Shown here: positions 49,710 to 61,700 of the stretch, in pieces | Position numbering within the stretch: the stretch's first letter is position 1 | Layout of the letters: each line of letters starts with the position of its first letter | Source: Podarcis melisellensis | Taxonomy: Eukaryota | NCBI GenBank assembly: GCA_964234715.1 | Contig: OZ174276.1 | Reading direction: 5' to 3' (one strand) | Length of the DNA: 64,000 nucleotides | Program-made: the position numbers and the translations under genes | Notes under the pieces: model-generated | Database searches by the model: none | Told to the model about the DNA's origin: nothing | The model's input: only the letters and a program-made list of their open reading frames with translations

Positions 49710-52700
49710 GCAGTGTGTGTGTTTAAAAAAGTATCTCAGTACACCAAATGTTTAGTTTCTGGCATATATAATATGCGTAAAGGTAAAGATAAAGGGACCC
49801 CTGACCATTAGGTCCAGTCGCGGACGACTCTGGGGTTGCGGCGCTCATCTTGCTTTATTGGCTGAGGGAGCCAGCATACAGCTTCTGGGTCATGTGGCCA
49901 GCATGACTAAGCTGCTTCTGGCGAACCAGAGCAGCGCACGGAAACGCCATTTACCTTCCTGCTGGAGCGGTACCTATTTATCTACTTGCACTCTGACGTG
50001 CTTTTGAACTGCTAGGTTGGCAGGAGCAGGGACCGAGCAACGGGAGCTCACCCCATTGCGGAGATTTGAACTGCCAACCTTCTGATTGGCAAGCCCTAGG
50101 CTCGGTGGTTTAACCCACAGCGCCACCCGCGTCCTATAATATGGGTACATGCTAAAAATGTAAGATGTGAATCAAACAAAAGGCATGGAAACAAGGACCA
50201 TTGTTGTGTGAGCATAGAGACCCACAGGTCAAAAGAGAGCAGGTGTTTGGCAGCAGTACACAATAATACAGCCTGCTGCCAGCAACCTGAATTCCATTTA
50301 CCCAACTAGAAGCGGCTCTCATCTAGAAAAAAATCCTGTGGAAACCTTGCTTAGGTAGGTAACGTTTCTGCATTTGAAGTGAGGTCCTCTTATTCCACTT
50401 ACTCTTGTCCTTGGGAAAGATGTAAAGCTTGAACAGGGCCGTTGGCGTTTCTATGTTCTAACTCCTCTTCTTTCTCCAAAGGCCGCACTGTTGGTTTCAA
50501 GGAGGACCACTACCTGCTCAGAAAAAGCCTCATGACCTCGGACCACCTAGACACTCCCATGGTTCGCAGCGGCAACCTGAAAGGCAGAGACACAGTTCAC
50601 TGGAAGATCAACAACAATGTGCATAAGGAAGGCTTCTCTTCCTTAGCTCTCAATCCCAAGGACCTGAGTAAGTGCCAGTTTTGCAAGGTGGAGAAGGGGC
50701 TAACTGGAGCCAAAGATGGTGGGGGGAAAGTGGTCCCTCGGTCCTCTCAGAATCTGATCCTAAGCTGATTCTAACATGCACATTCCTCTCACATGAATGC
50801 ATGTGGGAAATTACTTCTTAGAACACTTCCCCATGTTGTAATCTCTCTCCAGTTAAGTAAGTTGTCTGTGTAGCTTGAAACCTTATCCCTGAGGGCTTGA
50901 AACCTCTTCCCTGCTAGCTTTCCACTTGAAATGGGATTTGACACTGGAGCTTCTTCAAACAAGGGGCATTCCCTCACCCCTGGCTTTCTTTCTGAGATGA
51001 TACAGCCAGACAAGAGAACAGTATCATCATGAGCAACTGTGCTGATAATTTATCTGTTAAGAGATCCCTAGGTCTCTCACGCAACTACAGTTGACTGATG
51101 GGAAGGAAACAGGATCACTATTAAATCAGATTATGTGTGTTTGACAGACATGTCCTAAATCAGATTCTAGCCTTTGATTTCAAAATTCAGCTAACCATAA
51201 TAAAATGGCTCTACTGCTTCTGCCCAACCACCCACATTGCTACATCTCATGTCTCCATATGCATGCTATTTGCTGGTAGTGTTTCTTGCTGATTGATTTG
51301 TTTCCTTGAATCCAGTTCCATATGGAGTGTCTCTGAGACTCGCCCGGCTCTTCACCCAAAACCTTGCAAAACCAGATAGCCGTGAGCATGAGCAACTGCA
51401 AAAGGATGTGGAGGAGAATGTAAGGAGCAGGAATAATGCTGCCTACTGGGTTTGCGACTGAGGAATGGGTGGGCAGGGGGGAATACAATCAAGCCGATGC
51501 AAGCTTCCTTTTCTTGGATTTGAGTTAAGAGACAGCATATGGTTGTTGTCTGCTCAACATAAGGAAATCAAGTGGGATTAACTAAACCCCTTAATCTGAA
51601 CATTGGGATGAACACCAGGAAATCTGAGTTAGTGAAACTCTCTCTTGCTCTTCACAGCTCAATGAGGTTTACAGGATTATCCCTGGTGCCCACAAATTTC
51701 AGCAGACAAAATTCAGGTGAGTTACTTTGGGAGGGGGCAACTGGCATGTAGAGAAGCAGTGAGATCTCTTCCAGTGGGTGCTCCTTTTAAAGATGAGAAT
51801 GGGTAAAAAATGGCTGAACGTCTGGTGTGATTAAGTCTAGGGGGCATCCTTGGAAGAATATAGAGAATATAAAGTAGTAGGATTAGAACTCTTGTCCCAA
51901 CAGCTTTCCCCAGGTCAGAGTGTGTATGAAGCTTGAAAGGCCAAACCAAAAAATCTATGTATTTCTCCTTGGATTGTAATTAAAATTATGCATATTGTCT
52001 GTTTACTCTCCAGGCTGCAGCCAAATGCTGGGAAAAGGTAAGGAATTCATTTCTTGCTTTCCATCTAGGTGTAGACGTGTGGATACTTTCCATTGCTGTG
52101 CTTATTCTGTGGGAGTTTTCACTCACTACTCAGAAACTGCGATGTCTTCTTACAACTGTATCATTAGCATCGTTGCTCTCTGCACTGCAGAGATCATCAT
52201 CTTCTTCGCCAGTTAACTTCTCACTGTTTGTGGGATGGAAAGTAGATCGATGTTAGCCCTTCCTAAGCAGAACTAAGAGGTGCATTCAAACTGCCCCTGC
52301 TGCGTGAGCAGAAATGGTCATTCTATCACCCCTTCCCATGCCCTCAGAGTTTTTGATTTGATGTCATGTTTGTATCTCAACAACAATGCTGAACTCAAAG
52401 CAGCTCACAATTTGTCTACCATGTTTCTCTGTGACGAACGCTGTAGCAGAGGAAGTGGATTCACTTATGCCAGGGAACTGTGACTGGCCAATAGTTTTTG
52501 CAGACCTGTGTTACCCCTTTAGTGTGGCAGCAGTGTTTATTCTATGGATATGCTGCAAGCACTCCCTATTTGAGTGGTGTGAAGTAGCCTTCATCTGGCC
52601 CCATTGCTGTGGAAAGAGTCTTCACACTGGCACCTGTTCCAGATCAGTGGCTGAAAATCATTGTGCATAAAAGTATGTGAGCAGTGACTTTATATTGCTA

Positions 52701-55700
52701 ATAGCCTAGGTAAACAGACCCTGGTCTTCCTTTCCTGCCCCCCAATCCCACCCTGCCTTCTTCAGACAGGACCACACAATCGTAGACACAGTGCTCCCTG
52801 CTTCCCGCTCAGCCAAGAATGAGATTGTGAAAGTAACAGAGAAGCATGTCGCACAAGAGGCTTTCAACGATCTGAAAGTGTCCCCTGGGTACTACACTGT
52901 AATCTCTGATCAAGGTAGGTGATGATGAATGCTACTAGTTCTCACCAAGGTTGTAAACCTCTGTCTGGACTTTATCATGTCATACAGCAGGTGGGGGCTC
53001 ATAAGATGTTAAGCTCTTCGGTACAAAACATTCCCTCCGCATAGAAAACCAGAAGATTCTACTGTAGCCTTCTCACCCACATATTGTGAAGGGATTTGTT
53101 TATTTTTATTGAGGAGCAGTCAACAAGGTGGGATTCCACCTGCAGTCGGAACTAATGCCGCCTAGACACAGGTTTACAACCAGCTGATGGCTAGGCCTCC
53201 AATAAAAGCCAAGAGTTGCATGCTTTCCTAAATAACTCCTTCTCCCCTCTAAATGTGCTTTTTTGTGCTTCCATCCCTACCCAAGATGCTCACGGCATGG
53301 TAGAGTTTCAGGAAGGAGTGGAGCAGGTGGATGTCCGGGTTCCCCTCTTCATCAGGGAAGAAGATGATGATGAAAAGCAGCTGCAAGTGGAGGCCACTGA
53401 TGTCCCTGTGGGAACTGCAGAAATTGGGCGCCGGCTTGTCAACATCACCATTATTAAAGAGCAAGGTAAATGTGTCTGTAGGCCAATCAGGTAAAGATGG
53501 CACATTCAACTCAGGCAACATTCTCAGAGAAGGTCTCTGGACAGTCTGAAAACTCCAACAGGATTCCTGTAAAGCAGCAGTAAGCTAACTTCTCACCCTC
53601 CAGATGTTTCTAGACTACAACTCCTATCATCTCTAACCATTGGTTATGTTGTCTGGGACTGATAGGAGCTATAGTCCAACAACAGCATATGGGGGAGGCA
53701 CAGGTTGTTCATACCTCTTGTACAGCCATATGTAGAGATGGACATCACTTTCTATGTCCTGCAGATGAATATGGTGACCTTTTGTGGATTGAATTTTAGA
53801 TCTATATCATGGCAGTGCATTGACTACCTTTCTCGGTTCTACAGAGTATCCTTGGGTGATTAATTGTCATGTTGGAACTAGTTAGCCACCAAATGTTAGG
53901 AAACAAGTTAGGGTAATATTGAAGTGTGGGTTTTGTTCTATGAGTTGTGGCACTTAGAAGACACCATATCACCATTACCACTGTCTCTGTATCCCTTTAG
54001 CAAACAGCATCATTCGCTTCCAGGAGCCAGCTTATTCATACAGCCGCTTCGACCAGGTGGCTAAGATCCCTGTACTTCGTGACATACTGGACAACGGGAA
54101 GTCTCAGATAACATACAGGACACGGGATCTCACTGCCCAGGAAGGCAAAGTAAGCACAATAGAGCTGACTAATAGGGGGAGAGCCTTGATAGCCATGGTT
54201 ATAGGAAGACCCTTTGACAGTTGTGCAGCCATTATATGATCCTAGAGACGTAGAAAATATTTGTGTTGCATCAGTACACTGTTTAGCAAACTCTTTCTCT
54301 TCCCAAGGATTATGTTTTTGCGGAGGGTGATATAGTCTTCCAGCCTGGGGAAAAGCGGAAAGAGGTGCAGGTGAAATTGCTGGAGCTGACGGAGATAGAC
54401 TCCCTTCTTCGCAATCAGCAGTTGAAACAGTTTGCGGTGGATCTCATCAACCCCAGGTTCGGTGCAAAGGTTGGCAAATACCCTCAAACCATTGTGACAA
54501 TTGCTGATCCAGGTGAGCTTCATCAATTTCTGAGGGCAAGCACCTTTTTGATATCTGTTTATCTGCCAGTTTGTTGTTCTGTTTGGTATAAAAGCTTGAA
54601 CCTGTCAGACAAACATCATTGCCGAGACTTCAGCAAAAAAGCTGGTGCATACCTGCATACTGAGCTGCCAGTGTAGTCCAGTGAGTAAACAAACAAACCC
54701 CGGTGTTGCAAAATATGAGTCAGCAATATCAAAAGCAACACGATCGCCAGAAACAATTAGAATGTGAAAAACTTTATGGACCTATTCAAAACTTCAAAAC
54801 TAGCAAACTGAAGTCTCTGAAAGTCTCTGAAAGTCTCCGGTGCCAGACTTTACCCAGCAGAGTGCAAGCTGTGAAGCTTTGTATAATAAGCAAATGTCTG
54901 ATTCTGAACTCTGCTGAACAGTGTTTCCGGATAACACCTAGTGTTTCATTGAATTCTTCATCAGCCAGTTAGTTCAACACTCGTGAGTAGAAATAAATGT
55001 AATTTCTTCATTAACCAATCTTTTTTCGAATAGATATAATATACTGCTGGGTAAAGTCTGGCACCGTGATTCATTTAAGGACTTTCAATGTAGTCCAGTG
55101 AACAGAGAGCACTGGAGTCCTGGGTTCAAGCCTCCCCTCTGCTGTGTTGCTGTACACTTCAGTGGGATATGCCTTACCATGGGTGGCCAATGATATATTT
55201 TTGAATGTTCTAGTTGTGCATGATGCATGTGCAACAAGGCAGTGAAGTCCAGTAACCAGATGTGTTTGGTCAGAGACTCAACACTGCTTGCTTGCAGGAA
55301 TGAATTAGTCTTTAGGTGGTTGCTAATATTCTACTGCTTCTCTAACTTCTTCTACACTACTCTTCTCATCAAGTCCCCTAAGGAGAAATGTTCTATGAGG
55401 AAATTTGGTAGTTTTGCCCCTTGGGTTAGTATTTCAGCTCTGATTACCTAGTGCAATCTGTACTGGGGGAACTTCCCCATCAGACCAGGCAAGCAATGGC
55501 TCGTGTGATGTTCTAAGAATTACCGTAATGGCTGTAAACAGGGTAGCATCTTTTTAGACAAGGACAAAGGCAGACTTGTAAATCTACCTGCAGAAATCAG
55601 TTATGCTCTGAAAATGCTGTAGTTGTGCTAATCCACATTAGGGAGTGAATTAAATGTTGTGCTCTACCAGTCATTCTGTGATTGCAAGCACTTCAATTTG

Positions 55701-58700
55701 CCCAGTGGAACAATCTCCCCTCTTATCCACCTGCTGCTCTCCTAGGGGGTCTCTTAACTCCCAGAGTTGTTATGGGGGGGGGGAGGAGCAGAGGGAGGAA
55801 AGGAGAGAAAGTCCCATCACCTTAACAGGACTCATTGCACTGGCTTCCACTAGTTTGCCTACTTAGCAGAATATGGCTTAAATTGTTGTCTGCATGCAAA
55901 AGGTTTCATTTATTTGCACTCATGATAGACTCTGAAGAAGCAACCTCAGCTGCTTTGTAAAATAAGAATAAAATGCTAAATTTAGTCTGAAAGGCTACAG
56001 GTTTTTTTAAATTGCATAACCTCCACCTGGATACACTTAAGGTGATTTCAGAAGTGCATCCTAATATGTTTATTGTTAGAGTGGCTTCCCCCCTCTCCTC
56101 CCTCCACCCCACCCCCAAATTGGCTGGGGGGGCATCAGGAGAACTCCCAGAACATTGCAGGTGGGGAGAGGGGGGAATCATGTGCCTTAGCACAACATTG
56201 AATTCCTCTCTTCATCTCCTTCGTACTGTACACAACTCTTTATTAATAGGCAAGAGTGCTTCTATGAAAAGCAAACCGCAACAAAGTGGTAAATATTTCA
56301 CAAACCACAGAAAATAGTTAACAACGAGTTTGATCCAGATATAGATGTGTGGAACTCCACTCACACAACTGACTTTTCCAGACTTATTCTACATTAGCCC
56401 AAGGACTCTGTTAGCCGGTGATTGATTCCAGCTAGCTATTTTTGTCTAATGTTCTGTTCAAGTTTATATACTAGATGGGTTAGTTGGAGGCAGCCATGGT
56501 GGTATGAGTTGACAGAGTCACACGCCTGTGGTACTTGAATCCACAACTTTTAAGGGATGCAATCAAGCGCCTTTACCATTCAGTCCACATGCCTCTCTCT
56601 TGGGACGTGGTTAAAGAGACAAACGAAGCCGTTCTGTTTTCTTTCTCCTGCAGAAGCTGTTGATGGCTTAGCATCAGCGAAACTCCTAGGCCAGCAACCG
56701 CAGCCTCCCAGAGGCATACTTGCAGCTCCCCTTAATCCAAATGCACAGGCACTGACCTCTAGGAAGATCCGATTCAACTGGTTGCCACCTCCTGGCAAAC
56801 CTGCAGGGTACAAGGTATGGACCTGCCAAGCAATAAACCTAATTATTATGAATGTGGGGGTACAATCTTGGTTGACCCTTGCACTGAATTCAGGGCCTAG
56901 AGTGGCTTCCCTGCAGGTCTGTGTAGTCCTGCCCTCCTATGTCATGTCAGCCCAGCATTGACTGCTGCTGCTGCTCTCCTTCTCATGATACATCACATCA
57001 AGCATAGCACTCTGGAGTCATTCAATATCTCCCAAGGTTTATGAAGATGTGGATGTTCTAAAATGGGGGACAGTCATGAATTGCGTTCTGTGGATGTCAT
57101 GTTTTAGAATGGGGACTTAACTGATCACATGGTGGTTTGTTATTCTTGATGATGTAAGCAAGACTTTGAAAGCAAATGGGATTCTCTTTGGCCTCCAGGT
57201 GAAGTACTGGATCCAAGGGGACCCTGAGTCAGAAGCTCGCTTGCTTGATTCGAAGGTGCCATCAGCGGAGTTGACTAATCTGTATCCCTACTGTGATTAC
57301 GAGATGCAGTCCTGTGCCTACAACGATATGGGCGAGGGGCTTTACTCCGAAGTGGTCCACTGCCGCACACTAGAGGACCGTAAGTAGGTGTATTCCATGG
57401 CAGACAAGGAGGCAGGAATTCAACATCGCACTAAGGTGCTGTTGGGGCAAGCATTTCGGCTTGCCAGAAGCGGCAAAGTGTTTTAAATGTGCTTTAAATT
57501 TGGTCTGCATACACACCATGCATCTAAAGCACATTTGAAACATCCCCTAAATCATCCTGGGACCTGTAGCTTGTTAAGGGTGCTGGGAATGTTAGCTCTG
57601 TGAGGGGTGAACTATAGCCACCAGAATTCTTTAAATGCAGTGCTTTTTTCCTAAAAAAATGTTTAGGGGGTACTCTCATTTTGACTCAAGAAAATCACCA
57701 TTTTATAGTTCAAATTGGGGGGAAATAAATACAGTAAATGGACAAAAGTACAAAGATTCACAAAATGTTTAGGGGTATGTGTACCCCTGTGTACCTCCAG
57801 AGAAAAAGCACTGTTTAAATGTATGACGTGTACACAGCCCTGCTTTAAATCTATGATGTGAATGTGACCATAGAGCCTTGGGCAGTCTAGGCAAGACACT
57901 ACACAACAAATGCTGTGTTTATAAGGAAAGGAAGCATGAAAATAAGAGAAATATTCAGCATATCAAAGTAATTCTGCATGTCAACTTCATTCTGAGCTCT
58001 CTGGTCCCTGATGCTAAGGGTAACATTGATGAATGAATACTAAGAAACAGGTTCAGTAAGAAAGACTGAGACTGCAATCCTGTGCACATGTACCTTTCTC
58101 TCATTGAATTCAATGGAACTTGCTTCTGAGTAGACATATCTAGAATTGCACTGTTGGTGATATAAAGTCTCATTGCTGCGCTTTAGATCAATGTTACCCT
58201 AGAAGCATAGAAAAAGCAATCATCTAATCTGAGCTGTTGTTCAGTATAGAATCTACAGGGCTGGATGATGATGCAGCATCCCTGGCAGATGGCCACCTGG
58301 AGATAGCTCAGTCTGTAGAGCATGAGACTCTTTATGTCAGGGTTGTGGGTTTGAGCCCCATGTTGGGCAAAAGATTTCTGCATTGCAGGGGGTTGGACTA
58401 AGGTGAATCTCATGGTCCCTTCCAACTCTACAATTCTGTGAATCTATGAAATACTGTTAAATAAAGCAGGCTTGTTTTCTCTTGCTCTAGAGGGCAGGAC
58501 TAGAATGAATAGGTGAAGATTACAAGAAAACAGATTTTGGCTAAACCAGAGGTTAACCTTTTTTACTAGTGGAATTTTGAGAAAGTGCCCTGACTGTCGG
58601 TTACAAAATGTCTGTTGGGAAGGTATGGCATGGCACATCAAAAAGAACAAAAATGGGGACAGGATCCCAAAATAGTGCAGGCATGCCACTTCTTAGTCCC

Positions 58701-61700
58701 GCATCAATGGGAGAAAAGCACCTATATCAGCCACTCACTCGTAGAGAGAAGCTCTTTGTACCTCCCCTCTAATGAGAACAGAAGGGAGGGTGGATGTCCA
58801 GTCCTGGCATCCATTGAAATGTGGGCATGTTCAAGGGGGCATGTTCAATGCAGGAGAGACCAAGCCAGTGCAAACTAAGCAGGAAGAGCACAGTTTCTTG
58901 ATCATTGTGGATTTATGAGGACATATTTGCTAAGACCTTTCATGGGCACCAGAGGAGATATTGGTGGGCACAGTGATGACCACAGACACCATGTTGGTGA
59001 TCCCTGGGCTAAACACTAGGAGAATGGTAAGAGTGGTTCAACAGTGGACTAGACTACCTAGGAAGCGATAGATTTTATGGGATTTGTTTTAAAATAACTG
59101 TCCATAGTTTAATTTGAGATATTACCAGCCTCATCCGGTGGGGTTGTCGTTCACATTCCATTAACTGCATTAAGTGTATCCAACTGCTCCCATGTTCTTG
59201 CCTTTCTTTCAACTTCACAGTTCCTAGTGAGCCTGGGCGCTTGGCTTTCAATGTAGTCTCTTCCACTGTGACACAGCTGAGCTGGGCTGAGCCTGCCGAG
59301 ACTAATGGAGTTATCACAGCCTACGAAGTCAGCTATGGACTTGTCAACGAGGTCAACAGTAAGCGTGGATTCTGTTTGCTACCCTTATCATGCTGCAACC
59401 TTGCAAGCTATTATTCCAGGCTGAACTAGTCAGCATCTTTTTGGCAATTACTCAGTTGTGTGCATTTAGAGAATGCCAACGGAGTCTGCCGTTGTCGAAT
59501 CTCACAGTGGTAGAGCTGCAGACAAACCCCAAATCATGGTGATTAGAAGCAAAACATAGATCTATTCCCCAGCCCCATTTTATCCTCACAACACACGCCT
59601 GGGAGGTTGGCCCAAAATCATCCAGTGAGCTTCATAGCAAAGTGGGGATAAGATCATAGGAGGAGCACTACTGGATCAAAACAAAGGCCCATCTAGTCCA
59701 GCATTCTGTTCTCAAAGTGGCTAACCAGATGCCTATGAGAAGCTCCTAAGCAGGACATGAGTAGTCTTCCCACTTGTGATTCCTGGATGCTAGAAAACCT
59801 TGACCAGTTCAAGCCACCTGCATGCACGCTGTGGCATTAATATCTCCCTTTGTTTTGAGTTTTGCCCTCAAAAATATTACAACACTGTTTCAATGGGGTC
59901 AGCAGAAAGCTGGGATATCATTGGAAAGGCATACTGTCTTTAGCATAAATCAAAGATGGTCAACATGGAACGAGGCAAAAACAGCAGTTGAATGGAGAAA
60001 GGTATTTACATATACATTCTGTTTACAGGACCCGTTGGGCCCGTAAAGAAAGTCATGGTGGAGGGTGCCAAGAAGCGAATGGTTCTGATTGAAAACTTAA
60101 GGGAATCACAGCCCTATCGCTACACAGTGAAGGCCAAAAATGGAGCTGGATGGGGTCCTGAACGAGAAGCTACTATTAACTTGGCCACACAACCCAAGCG
60201 CCCTATGTCCAGTGAGTTATATTGCCAAGCTTGTGCCGTGCAGATCTTGTTTTTCACTTGCAATGATTCTCATTTATTCGGCATGCTTGATATGTCCACC
60301 ATAGAATTTTCATTTCAACTGTGTGTGTGTGTTGCATGATATATTTTGTTCTTGGGGGGAGCATGTCCCATAGAATGTAGTTGCACAGGTGTCATGGACA
60401 CCTTTTGACTGGTGATCGTGATGACATTTGGTAACGCGTATCAAACTATTTATTGAACTTTTTAAAGCGTGTGCATTAATTAGTAGTTGTCTTATCCTGT
60501 CATGCAACCCTAGTGCTGGTGCACACATCCCTTTTTTTAATGAACACCAATGAGCTACATAGTTGTCTGTTATCCATCCATTCCTCTCCATTACCACAAT
60601 GAAACTATCCCCCGTCACTCAATCTGAAATATCACAGGAACTAGATTGAAGCTTATGCTGCTATCACTTTAAAATGTGTTTGGGGTACATTAGTTCAAAA
60701 TGTATAGAAAGCTCTTAGTATACGAATACTTTCTGTTTTCTTGCAGTTCCCATCATCCCTGATGTGCCAATAATTGATGCTGAAGGAGGAGAGGACTATG
60801 ATAGCTACCTGATGTACAGCGCAGATGTCCTGCGCTCACCAGCTGGTAGCAAACACCCCAGCGTCTCAGATGATTCTGGTACAGTGCATTGCTGAAGTTT
60901 GCAAAAATGTTTTGTTTTGTTTCTTGGAGCCTTAGATTTCTGGAGAATGTGAAACCAAAAACATATTAACAAGCAATTTCTAGCCACAAGTCAAATAGGT
61001 TTTCTTATTTCAAGGCAGAGAAACCCCTACTTGTGGAAACTTAAGGCGTGCTTTACATCTTTTGCTTCTAACACATTTGGATTCACTAGGGACTTGTATC
61101 GAAGTGCATCCCATGACATCTGTGAATGCAATGCAGTGGCTTCTGTAGACTGTAGCACTTAAGGAAATGCTGTGATGAGTACCATCCGCTGTCATGTGGC
61201 TTAGTTAAGTGCAGAGCCTAGGTGCACTCGCAGAACCTTATGATGATCAAGTATTAGGCCATGTGACTGTGTTGCAAGCAAATAACAGGACTGATTAAGA
61301 TGTGCCGTTAGTCCACCTCTGCTGAGGAACACGTTCTGTGCAATAAACACAGAAGGCTCAATGTGGGGCTCACGCCTCACAAGGAGGGACAAAAAACAGG
61401 AAGACTTCACCAGCCAACAGGTCCTGTGGGAGAGCTACCTTTCTGACCTGAAATATGGGGCACTGGTTAACAGAGTCTGTCTTCCAAACTCCATAAAGAA
61501 ATATGTGCATTATTTCAGCTTCAATTCACATTTACGTATAAAAATTCCACCCCTTCCCCACCTTTAGCACTGTTGCTCCCAGCAATGTATGAGAAAATGT
61601 TATAGCGAGAGGAGAATATTTAAAGTTGCTACTGTCCAGGTGGAGAACAGCTAGCAGGCTACAGGCCATCAAAGAATCTGGCACACTTAAGTCCATTGAA

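Noticed and set aside
50479-54307. AAG acceptors at exons 20, 25 and 27 as defects
   Set aside because: AAG is an uncommon but valid acceptor, and frames and exon sizes are preserved.
58295-58370. tRNA-Lys gene
   Set aside because: The stems are mutated and it is fused to a CR1-type tail, so it is a SINE head.
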